Assembly (NCBI RefSeq): GCF_000007185.1
Contig: NC_003551.1
Span: forward strand, 1,320,001-1,352,000
Direction: 5' to 3'
Origin: Methanopyrus kandleri AV19
Lineage (GTDB): Archaea > JAADCQ01 > Methanopyri > Methanopyrales > Methanopyraceae
DNA: 32,000 nucleotides
How positions within the stretch are numbered: position 1 is the stretch's first letter; each line of letters begins with the position of its first letter. A model generated the notes under the pieces. It was not told the DNA's origin, made no database searches, and was given only the letters and a program-made list of their open reading frames with translations. Made by a program: the position numbers and the translations under genes. Of this stretch, positions 16,703 to 24,728 are shown one piece after another.

Positions 16703-18027
16703 CCGTCCTGCTGGTCCGGAACGTGGGCGTGAACGACGTCCGGGTGGACGGCGAACGGGTGAACGAGCCGTACTACGTGCTCAAGGAGCTGGTCGAGTCG
16801 GGCGACCTCGACGGCGTGTCCTTCCCGATCCTAGAACGGGTGCTGGAGGAGCTGGAGCCCGACCGGATCGTCCTCTTCGCGACGGACCAGGATCCGGGAT
16901 CGACCCCGAGGCATCTGAAGGCCAAGGACACGCTGTACGTCGCGGAGGCTATGCGCGAGCTCCTCGACGTCGAGGTCGAGGTCCGGGTGATCCGCGAGAA
17001 CCCGTCGGACCACGACGCGATGCTGGAGCTCTACGGCCGGGAACTCCCCGAGGTCCTGGACGGGGCCGAGGAGGTGTACCTGGACGTGACGACGGGTACG
17101 CCCGCCCAGTCGCTGGCCCTCGCGCTCAAGGGTCTCGAGGTCGAGCCGGACGCGGAGCTCGTGTACGTGTCCGAATCCACCGGGACTACCCGGATCCGCG
17201 TGGGCGACGAGCTGCTCCGGCGGATCGCGGACGAGCTCCTGGAGTACGGGCTGAACGACCCGGCCGCCAGGGTCCTGTCCCACACCGGGCTGGACGACCT
17301 CCGTACCTACGCCGAGGCGCGGGCGGCCGAGGACCGGTTCGAGTTCGAGCGGGCTCGGGAGCTCTACCGGGGGCTCCCCGAGGACTTCCTGGACGTCTCG
17401 GATCGACTGGAGCGCGTGGAGCGGGCGCTCTCGGACGATCCCGTGGAGAGAATGGCCGAGCGCACCCGTTACGTCCTGGACCGGGCGCTGACGCACCTGA
17501 AGCGTGGCGAGTACGGTGAGTACGTCCTCCGGACCTGCGTCGCCCAGGAGATGATCCTGTGGACGACCTTCTCCGCGGTCTCCGGTCGCGAGCCTGACCC
17601 GGACGAGTTCGTGCGGCACGCGTCGCGGGAGGCGGACTGGGATCCCAAGTACGGTAACCTCGGGGACTTGATCCGCAGGGATCCGGTGAGCACCCTAGCT
17701 CGCTACCTCGGGGACTACCTGGAGGACCTCACCTCGCTCGAGGTCACCGACGCGGGTCGGGCGGCCGCCGTGAACGCCCTGGCCAGCTACTACGTGGTTA
17801 AGGGGCTCAGGGAGCTCCGGGACGACTACGCGCACCGGGCGATCAGGATCACGCTCGAGGATGTCCGGGAGGCCCTCGGACGCTCGCGCGTGGACTCGGA
17901 GTACTGGGAGAGGAAGCACGGTCACGGCCCCGACTTCAAGTTCCCGTCGGAGGAGGACGACCCGGAGGCGGCCGTCGAGGCCCTCCGGGAGTGCGTGGAC
18001 GCGATCGAGCGGGCGGTGGGTCGATGA
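16699..18027 (+). CDS. csm6: CARF-HEPN protein (Csm6/Csx1-like ancillary ribonuclease)
   Basis: TTG 16699 overlaps the csm4 stop (TTGA). The N-terminal Rossmann-like CARF pattern is VLLVRNVG…, RIVLFATDQD, VYLDVTTGTPAQSLALAL. The C-terminal HEPN R-x4-H motif is LRELRDDYAHRAIR. Family assignment is from motifs only. Confidence 0.72.
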   Translation: MTVLLVRNVGVNDVRVDGERVNEPYYVLKELVESGDLDGVSFPILERVLEELEPDRIVLFATDQDPGSTPRHLKAKDTLYVAEAMRELLDVEVEVRVIRENPSDHDAMLELYGRELPEVLDGAEEVYLDVTTGTPAQSLALALKGLEVEPDAELVYVSESTGTTRIRVGDELLRRIADELLEYGLNDPAARVLSHTGLDDLRTYAEARAAEDRFEFERARELYRGLPEDFLDVSDRLERVERALSDDPVERMAERTRYVLDRALTHLKRGEYGEYVLRTCVAQEMILWTTFSAVSGREPDPDEFVRHASREADWDPKYGNLGDLIRRDPVSTLARYLGDYLEDLTSLEVTDAGRAAAVNALASYYVVKGLRELRDDYAHRAIRITLEDVREALGRSRVDSEYWERKHGHGPDFKFPSEEDDPEAAVEALRECVDAIERAVGR

Positions 18028-19115
18028 GCGGGCTCGAAACCGTCGAAGTCCGGCTGGAGGTGCTCACGCCGCTCCACGTCGGCGTTCCCCGGGAGGAAGA
18101 GTTGGTCCGCGGGCTCGACTATCGGGTGGACGGAAACCGAATCCTCGTAGTGGACTTCACGACCCTGCCTCCGGAGCGGGCCGAGCGCGTGCTCGGGGCT
18201 CTGGAGGGCGGGGACCACGCGGAGGCCGAAGGATACCTCGAAGGCGCCGAGGTGCTCAGGGAGGTGGAGCTGAGGACGGGGGGCGTCCCGGACCGGTTCC
18301 TCCCGACGTACCGACCGACGCGGGTGGACGACCCGTGGATCCCGGGCACGTCGGTCAAGGGGGCGCTGAGGACCGGGCTCCTCCTGGCCGCCCTGAAGCG
18401 TCTGGACGGGCTGGGTACCGACCTGAGCACGCTCACCGATAGACTACCGCGCAACCCGAAGAAAGCCGCCGTGGCCCTCGATAACAGGCTCCGGGCTACC
18501 GTCTTCCAGGGTGGGACGGCGAGAAGGAGCTACCGCCGTAAGCCGAACCGCGGGTGGCCGGAGGTTTTCCCCCACGCGGACGTGCTGCGGGCGCTGAAGG
18601 TGGAGGACGCTAGGCCCGTCGGGAAGATACGGACCGCGGTGTACCGGGCGGAGCTGCACCCGAAGGGTAGACCGCTCGACGCCCGCGAGTTCGTGGTCTC
18701 CGGGACTTTCGAGCTCGAGCTCGGCACGGACCATGGCGAGCTGAAGCGCGTACTCGACACGTGGGACAGGGTGGAACTGCCCCGGCTGCCCAAGCCCGTG
18801 TTCCGTTTCCTCCGCGATGTCAGGAGCGGGCTACGGGACTTCTGGGAGGAGACGCTGGAGAACCCCGAGACGGTCCTCGAGCGCGCCCGGGAGGGCTGGC
18901 GTGAGGGTCTAAGGGCGCTGAGCGAACGGTTCCGGGTCGACGTGCCCGACGACGCGGACGTCCAGCTGGGGTGGGGAGGCGGCCGGCTCGTGAAGACCGC
19001 GCTCCCGCTGGCGGGTCGGGTCCTGCGGGGTCCGCTCGATCAGTTCGCACCCCAGACGGTTAAGCTCGTGGACGGCGAGGTCCCCGGGCTGGTCAGGGTC
19101 GTGGAGGGCGGGTGA
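18024..19115 (+). CDS. csm5: Csm5 (Cas7-like RAMP, type III-A)
   Basis: ATG 18024 overlaps the csm6 stop (ATGA). Motifs: MSGLETVEVRLEVLTPLHVGVPREEELVRGLDYRVDGNRILVVD, WIPGTSVKGALRTGLL, and the C-terminal QLGWGGGRLVKT G-rich loop. Confidence 0.85.
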   Translation: MSGLETVEVRLEVLTPLHVGVPREEELVRGLDYRVDGNRILVVDFTTLPPERAERVLGALEGGDHAEAEGYLEGAEVLREVELRTGGVPDRFLPTYRPTRVDDPWIPGTSVKGALRTGLLLAALKRLDGLGTDLSTLTDRLPRNPKKAAVALDNRLRATVFQGGTARRSYRRKPNRGWPEVFPHADVLRALKVEDARPVGKIRTAVYRAELHPKGRPLDAREFVVSGTFELELGTDHGELKRVLDTWDRVELPRLPKPVFRFLRDVRSGLRDFWEETLENPETVLERAREGWREGLRALSERFRVDVPDDADVQLGWGGGRLVKTALPLAGRVLRGPLDQFAPQTVKLVDGEVPGLVRVVEGG

Positions 19116-19145
19116 CGCGGGCCGCCGTGATCACACCCGACCCGG

Positions 19146-19160
19146 GGTAACTTATTTTCC
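19146..19160 (+). terminator. possible oligo-T terminator after the csm operon
   Basis: ggtaacttattttcc is the only T-rich tract after the csm5 stop. It could alternatively be a TATA-like element for the next gene. Confidence 0.25.
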
Positions 19161-19168
19161 GTCACGTT

Positions 19169-20202
19169 GTGTGCCCGATGACGACCATCGTCGGGCGGCG
19201 GGGAAACCGGCCCATGAGTCGCCCGCGCCCGGGATCCCGCGGCTGGATGCTGATGTCCGAGGGCGTCTTCGCGCTGATCGTGATCTTGTTGACCTTCACG
19301 GCGACGGTAGGTTCGATCCACTTCAAACACACCCATCCCAGGAAGCAAAACAGGCTCACCCGCCTGTCGCACGCCAGGTGCATCGTGGTCGTGACGGAGG
19401 ACCTATGCGGCGGGTCCAGGTACTCGGTCCGGCTCGCCGAGATGCTCAGGAGGAGAGGTGTACCGATGACGTTCGCCGTCCCGGCCTGGGAGGCCTACGC
19501 CTACCCCGACCGGATGAGGAAGCTGCGCGAGCTGGGAGGGGACCTCATCAACCACGCCAACGACGGCGGAGCGTCGTACGCGTTCCTGGGTCGCCCGGGC
19601 AAGGTGGCGGGGTTACCGGTGAAGACGCAGCGCCAGATCATCCACACGACCCAGAAGTGGATCCACAGGGCCACCGGCGTACGACCGGACGCGTTCAGGG
19701 CGCCCGGCCTGGCGATCGACGAGAACACGTACCGGGCCCTGGTGGAGGAGGGCATCTGGGTGGATTCGAGTAAGATCTACACCAGGCCCGGCACCCGGGG
19801 GGGCGCCCAGGTGGATCGCGATCGACGGCCACCGGATCCTCGAGGTACCCATAGCGTGCTACGCGGAGTGGCGGTACGAGCGCGGGCAGCCGGTGGAGCC
19901 GGAGTTCCTGTGCTCGTTCGCCGACGACCTGTTCGTGCGTCCCAAGATAGCGACCGGTCACCCCCGAGGAGGCGCTGGAGAACCTGAAGCGCGGGTTCGA
20001 CCAGTACTACCGGCACGGCCGGCCCGGCAGGCCCACGGTGTTCGTCGTGCTCTTCCACGAGCACATCACGGCCAACCCGAAGTACTGGTGGATCATCCTC
20101 GAGTTCGTCGACTACGCGCGGTCCCATCCCGGAGTGGCGTTCGCGACGATCGACGAGTTCGCCGAGTTGGCGCGTCACGGGCAGCGGTTCACCGCGTTTT
20201 GA
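19169..20202 (+). pseudogene. polysaccharide deacetylase-like (NodB-fold) gene interrupted by two +1 frameshifts
   Basis: Frame 1 (track ORF 19169..): TM/signal segment VFALIVILLTFTATVG, then …VVVTEDL…VPMTFAVP…LRELGGDLINH…FRAPGLAIDENTYRALVEEGIWVDSS. Homology continues in the +1 frame after a G7 run (19797-19803): WIAIDGHRILEVPIACYAEW…DDLFVRPK. It continues in a further +1 frame after a C5 run (19961-19965): EEALENLKRGFDQYYRHGRPGRPTVFVVLFHEHITANPKYWWIILEFVDYARSHPGVAFATIDEFAELARHG…, with the stop at 20200-20202. Confidence 0.65.
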
Positions 20203-20301
20203 TCGCCGGACGCCCACCGCGCGTCCGGGTCGTCGATAGCGTGTGTCGTCGTGCGGGAAGCCGTCGCTCACTCTCAAAACGTTAACATACCGTGATCGCC
20301 C

Positions 20302-20895
20302 GTGTCGTTCCGTATCGAAGCTCGACGGTTTCCGGTTCTCCGCGGGGGTGCGTACCTTCCCCCCGCCGTCGAGTTGAAGGGTGTGACCGTCCGCTTCGAG
20401 GGCTTGACGGCGCTGCGGGACGTCGATTTATCCGTCGAGGAGGAGTGTGGGAGTTCCTCGCGGGCAAGTACCTGGCCACGTGTCGCCTACTCGCGCGTGG
20501 CCTTCGGGATGCGGTACTTCCCCTCGGCTGAGGGCTGGGGCTTCGTACTGCTGGGGACCGTCGCCTCGGCGAGCGTCGGGGCCCTGGTGGCGCTGCTATG
20601 CCGGGAGGAGAAGTCCGCCAGCGCCGTGCTCAACGCCGTCGCCTCCCCGGCGATGTTCCTGGGGGCGGTCGTGGTCCCGGAGAACCTGGTGCCGAGGGTC
20701 GCGTTCGAGATCTTCCACCGGTACCCACCCGTGACGTTCATCCACGCGCTCCGGGCGACGGACCTGTACGGTAAGCCGGTAGCGGTCGCGGACGTGGTCG
20801 TGGGGACGGTCCTCACCGCGACGGTCTTCGCGGCCTCGGCCCTGGTGTTCCGGAGGGCGGCGAGGGAGCTGAGGTGTCGTAATTCGGGACTATAA
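20302..20895 (+). pseudogene. ABC-2 transporter remnant: ATPase N-terminus joined to the C-terminal half of a permease
   Basis: The ORF starts like an ABC ATPase (VELKGVTVRFEGLTALRDVDLSVEE) but has no Walker A, signature motif or Walker B. From about 20445 it switches to polytopic membrane sequence: GWGFVLLGTVASASVGALVALL…ASPAMFLGAVVVPENLVP…PPVTFIHALR. An overlapping frame (20292..20531) reads WEFLAGKYLATCRLLARGL, which is also permease-like and implies an additional frameshift. Confidence 0.6.
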
Positions 20896-21582
20896 TTCGA
20901 GCTCTTCCCCCACCCCGGGGCGCTCGCACTCGATCCCCCACCGCTCGAAGTGTCTCGCGTCGCTCGGTCGGAAGTAGTGACATCCTACCACCCGTCCCAC
21001 CCCCAGCTCCCCGAGCACCTCCGCCACCTGCCGGATCCGCGCCGCCCCCGGGTACCGGCAGAACCCCGCAATCACGGTCTCGACTTCCCACCGCTCGCAC
21101 ACCCACCGCACCAGTTCGACCAACTCCCCGGGCTCCCGGGCCGCCAGCAGCACCTCCTCCGACTCGAGCAGCAGACCCACGTTGTTCGGCCGCTCCACCG
21201 CGAGCACGCCCGACACTACCTCCTCCCTGTTCCGTACGCGGTTCACCCGGCGCACGTCGAGCTCGGAGGACGGGGACGCGAACACGGTGATCCCCGGGTT
21301 CCCGTCCAGGAGGCCCGGGAGCCCGCCGACGTGGTCGTCGTGGTCGTGCGACACGATCACCAGCTCGACGTCGCGCGGTTCCACCCCGGCTTCCTGGAGA
21401 TTGTGCAACAGGATCCTGTCCCTGCCGCCCGCGTCGAACAGCAGGCGGCGACCCTCCAGCTCCACCAGGCAGGAGAACCCCCACGACGGTCTGAAGCCCC
21501 TCCTCCCGCGCCGGTCGTCGTAGACCAACACCACCCGCACCCGACGCCTCACCCCCAGGAGCGGGAGGGTCCGCCGTTCCAC
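20890..21582 (-). CDS. metallo-beta-lactamase-fold hydrolase (COG1237-like)
   Basis: WGFSCLVELEGRRLLFDAGG… followed by VIVSHDHDDHVGGLPGLL (HxHxDH motif). Its 3' end overlaps the convergent ABC remnant by 6 nt. Confidence 0.85.
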   Translation of the reverse strand: MERRTLPLLGVRRRVRVVLVYDDRRGRRGFRPSWGFSCLVELEGRRLLFDAGGRDRILLHNLQEAGVEPRDVELVIVSHDHDDHVGGLPGLLDGNPGITVFASPSSELDVRRVNRVRNREEVVSGVLAVERPNNVGLLLESEEVLLAAREPGELVELVRWVCERWEVETVIAGFCRYPGAARIRQVAEVLGELGVGRVVGCHYFRPSDARHFERWGIECERPGVGEELEL

Positions 21583-21690
21583 GCCCGCGTCCCGATAGAC
21601 GATCTAGGAGGATGCCCTCGGGCGCACACCCCTCCGGCCCGCGCTACGTGGACGTGTCAATCGAGGGCGCGGGGCTCCGGAGACGCGAGC

Positions 21691-22119
21691 GTGCTAGTCT
21701 ACGGGTGGCGCGTGGTCGACGTCGGCGGCCTGGAACCCTCCACGCTCCTCACCTGGATCGCCACCTACGGCGGTCCCCGCGGCCGCTGCACGTTCGTGTT
21801 CTGCCTTTCCCTCGGGGCCGAGACCCCGTGGGTGCCCCCGTACCCGGATGTCACCCTCGACGGCCTGCTGGGGACTTCCACGTCCCTCCTGACGGCCCTG
21901 CTCACCCGGGCCCTCGGGGTGCCCCCGGACGTCTTCAACCGACCGGTGCTCGCCCCGAGGCTGCCCGAGCGGTACGCGCTCGTCGGTCTGGCGGCCTGTC
22001 TCACGGCCCTGACCACCCGCCACTACCTGGGTCCGCTCATCTACGCGACCCTCGGCGTGTTCGTGCCCGAGGGGTGTTCCTCACCGGCGTTCCGCTCGCC
22101 CTCTGGGGGCTCCGCCTGA
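21691..22119 (+). CDS. hypothetical membrane protein, N-terminal segment (possibly the first half of a frameshifted gene)
   Basis: GTG 21691, in the frame of track ORF 20950..22119. GC3 is very high and the sequence is hydrophobic: LLTWIATYGG…CTFVFCLSLG…LVGLAACLTALTT…LGPLIYATLGVFV. The rest of that track ORF (20950-21690) is antisense to the MBL gene. Confidence 0.45.
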   Translation: MLVYGWRVVDVGGLEPSTLLTWIATYGGPRGRCTFVFCLSLGAETPWVPPYPDVTLDGLLGTSTSLLTALLTRALGVPPDVFNRPVLAPRLPERYALVGLAACLTALTTRHYLGPLIYATLGVFVPEGCSSPAFRSPSGGSA

Positions 22120-22703
22120 TCGCCGCGGGCACGGGACTGCCGCTCCCCCTCGTCGGCGCCCTCGCCTGGCTCTTCCAGTGGGTCTTCGACGAGAACGAGG
22201 AGCCCGACGTCGTCCCGCCCAGTTACTGGGTCCTACCGCGAGTCGTCCTCTCGAAGCCGCCGACCTGGTACCTGGAACGCGCGCTCGAGTCCCCGGACAC
22301 GCTCCTGGACTACCTCCTCACGGGCGCGGTCGTCGTCAGCCTACCGCTGCCCCTCACCCAGCTCGTCTGGGTCCTCCTCGGCGGACCCACCGGCGTGCTC
22401 GAGATCCTCGACTACCTGGTCCAGCTGATCGGGGAGATCATGGAGGACCCCGGCCGCACCTTACCCGAGGTGATCCTTTGGTTCCTGCTCCCGGTACTAC
22501 CCCACGTCGTCCACGTCCCGACGTGGCTCGCAGCGTTGGGAGGGTTACCCGCGCTCCTAGCCCACGCGGGCGGTCTCCTGCTGGCCCCGCACTTCCTCAC
22601 CCACGCGCCCGCGGTCACCTTCGGGGCGACCGTCACGGTCTCGAGAGGCGGATCGTGTCCGACCGGCGTCCGGAACGTGTCCGCGTCGGGCCCGTCTCCG
22701 TGA
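22074..22703 (+). CDS. hypothetical polytopic membrane protein (possibly the second half of a frameshifted gene)
   Basis: In the frame of track ORF 21612..22703, only the part from about 22074 looks coding: VFLTGVPLALWGLRLIAAGTGLPLPLVGALAWLF…VVVSLPLPLTQLVWVLLGG…ILWFLLPVLPHVV. The upstream part is Pro/Arg junk. GTG 22074 is a possible independent start. Confidence 0.45.
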   Translation: MFLTGVPLALWGLRLIAAGTGLPLPLVGALAWLFQWVFDENEEPDVVPPSYWVLPRVVLSKPPTWYLERALESPDTLLDYLLTGAVVVSLPLPLTQLVWVLLGGPTGVLEILDYLVQLIGEIMEDPGRTLPEVILWFLLPVLPHVVHVPTWLAALGGLPALLAHAGGLLLAPHFLTHAPAVTFGATVTVSRGGSCPTGVRNVSASGPSP

Positions 22704-22854
22704 CAGCTTCCATGTCGCTCGGGATCTCACGACGGGTGTAGCTCCGACGGGAGAAGTGGAGTGAACGAGTCGGTCAGTGTCCCCGCGGTGGACGTACCGA
22801 TCGCCCCGACGGTCGAGCCCACGCACCGGCCGGCACGGCCTTTAACGCGCGTCG

Positions 22855-22877
22855 GGGTTCGAACCCTTTATATTATC
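22855..22877 (+). promoter_or_regulatory. 12-nt perfect palindrome abutting a TATA-like box upstream of the Roadblock gene
   Basis: GGGTTCGAACCC (22855-22866) is followed immediately by tttatattatc (22867-22877), about 110 nt upstream of GTG 22985. Confidence 0.35.
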
Positions 22878-22984
22878 TTTACTCAGACATAACCCTCCAG
22901 CTTAAACCACTCCCAGACCTCAAACCACCAACTGTCAACACAACCTCACCAACTCGAGGATACCGTGAGTGGGGGTGGGAGCGC

Positions 22985-23332
22985 GTGATCGAGAAGGTGT
23001 TGGCGGATCTCAACAGGGTGGCGGGCGTCAACGGCTCGATGGTGGCCTCCAGCGACGGGTTGGTGGTGGCGGAGGCGGTACCGCCCGAGGTGGATCCCGA
23101 GATCGTGGGGGCCATCGCCACCACGGTGTACGGTTCGGGGGAGCGCGTCATCGAGGAGATGGAGCTCGGGGAGCTGAAGCAGATGCTGGTGGAATCCACC
23201 GACGGGAAGGTGGTCATCATCAGGGTCGACGACGATGCCCTGCTGGTGCTCATCGCGGACCCGGACGCGAACCTCGGACTCATCAGGCTGAAAGCGCGAG
23301 AGGCTGCCGAGGAGATATCCAAGCAGCTCTGA
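22985..23332 (+). CDS. Roadblock/LC7 (MglB-like) domain protein
   Basis: 115 aa. VLADLNRVAGVNGSMVASSDGLVVAEAVPPEVDPEIVGAIATTVYGSGERVIEEMELGELKQMLVESTDGKVVIIRVDDDALLVLIADPDANLGLI is a typical Roadblock/LC7 pattern. GTG start preceded by gggggtgggag. Confidence 0.85.
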   Translation: MIEKVLADLNRVAGVNGSMVASSDGLVVAEAVPPEVDPEIVGAIATTVYGSGERVIEEMELGELKQMLVESTDGKVVIIRVDDDALLVLIADPDANLGLIRLKAREAAEEISKQL

Positions 23333-23954
23333 ACGCGGGTACGCGGCGTTCGACCTCCCCACGCCCCGACCGGCTCCTTCCTTCCCGCGGAACGGGCGTC
23401 TACCGGGTGCGAGGAAATCTGTCCGCCCGGAGTCCGGCGGAGCTCACGTCATACGGAGTGGGTTACTACGGCTCCACTGTAACGTGAGAACGGGTGCTGA
23501 AACCATTGCGATAAAGCCCATGAACTCTAAGGAAGTTTTTCCTATCTACCCACAATTCAACGCGTAGAAAGCGGTATAAAGCGTGGATTATGTTATATAT
23601 AGTGTCCATCAGGATCATTGGGGTTAGGTTGTGAGGGGGTTAGATTGTCTATTTAACAGTTTGCTGATGGATGTCCTGATGAACGTCGCTCACGCGTCCG
23701 TGATTACGGCGCTCCAACGGCAGTGACGACCGATGACGCGTCGGTCGACGTGTCATTCCCCGGGCGTGGACCCGTCCTGCATGAAATAAGAATGAACGAA
23801 CACGTGGGTATCTCATTGCTGAACCCTATTTCTGGGACTTTATCGACGTTTCGTTTAACTCCCACGGGGTGAGCCGGGCGGTGATCCGACACAGACCGGC
23901 GGGGACGATCGGCGTCGGACCGCCCACCGTCCGCGACCCGGTTGACGATCGGCG

Positions 23955-24728
23955 GTGATTTACGTTCCGCTGAGTAGAGCGACCCGGTCGGTCCACCGGA
24001 GGCGCCGCACCACCGCCCTGAGTGACCGTGGGGGAGCACCCCCGTTGGTCGAGCCCATCCGCTCCCTCCCGGGATCCCGCACTCGGGTGAAGCTCACCCG
24101 GGAGTGTATCGTCATCCGCGAGCGCGGTGAGACCCGTCGGATCCGCCTCGAGGACGTCGTAGGAGTCAAGGAACACCCGAGGAGGGCGTCGAAGGCGCTG
24201 GACCCGGCCGAGGATACGCGGCTCGTCCTGATCACCGGGGACCTCGAGAGGCTCGTGCTACTGGTCCGCGACGGGCGATTGTACTGGGGCCTCAAGGCGC
24301 TCCTCGCCGCCAGGGACGGCGAGACCGACCGGTTGATCAGGTACCTAACGGAGCTGCTGCGGATCGCGGGGCATCCGCCGCTCCTCGAGCGTCGGGACGG
24401 GCGCGTGCTCCTCCGGTGGCCGTGGCTGGAGTTGGAGCTGGGGTCACCCGAGCGGGCCGAGACCGTCTACCGCGAGCTGCTCTCCAGGTGGGAAGAACTG
24501 TTGGAATCCGACGAGAAGGGTCACGACCTGGACCGGGAGGCCCGTCCGGTGTGGGTGGCCCTCTCCGTGCCGCTGGCGCCCATGGTGATGACGGTGGGCG
24601 TCCATCGGCGACTGATCGCCCAGGTCAGCCCCGTGCTGATATGGGGAGCGAAGCTCGCGGTGGACGTCCTCGAGCGCGTGCTCGGGAAGGGGCCCATCCA
24701 GTGCTCTGTGGCGTGGGAGTCGGTCTGA
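23955..24728 (+). CDS. hypothetical protein (start uncertain: 23955, TTG 24045 or GTG 24087)
   Basis: ORF with high GC3 from about 24045 onward. It has a beta-rich N-terminus (VKLTRECIVIRERGETRRIRLEDVVGVKE…TRLVLITGDLERLVLLV), then helical sequence, and a hydrophobic C-terminus. No family recognised. Confidence 0.5.
   Translation: MIYVPLSRATRSVHRRRRTTALSDRGGAPPLVEPIRSLPGSRTRVKLTRECIVIRERGETRRIRLEDVVGVKEHPRRASKALDPAEDTRLVLITGDLERLVLLVRDGRLYWGLKALLAARDGETDRLIRYLTELLRIAGHPPLLERRDGRVLLRWPWLELELGSPERAETVYRELLSRWEELLESDEKGHDLDREARPVWVALSVPLAPMVMTVGVHRRLIAQVSPVLIWGAKLAVDVLERVLGKGPIQCSVAWESV

Noticed and set aside
21612-22070. N-terminal ~150 residues of the 363-aa track ORF
   Set aside because: It is Pro/Arg/Gly-rich with no hydrophobic pattern, whereas a different frame over the same DNA gives a clean hydrophobic, high-GC3 reading. 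Only the part after about 22074 appears coding.
22851-22870. tRNA T-arm-like GGGGTTCGAACCC; similarly GGGTTCGAGAC at about 8123-8133
   Set aside because: No acceptor, D or anticodon arms can be built around either site. The first is better explained as a palindromic operator next to a TATA box.
23495-23520. tgaaaccattgcgat, which juxtaposes the two end motifs of the CRISPR repeat (…TGAAAC / ATTGCGA…)
   Set aside because: The matches are only 6-7 nt each, there is no repeat body or periodicity, and it is likely chance.
23655-23750. Possible C/D-box sRNA (several TGATGA/GTGATT/CGATGAC motifs)
   Set aside because: No properly spaced C, D', C', D box set could be found. CTGA D boxes are missing at the required ~12-nt guide spacing, and there are no terminal pairing stems.
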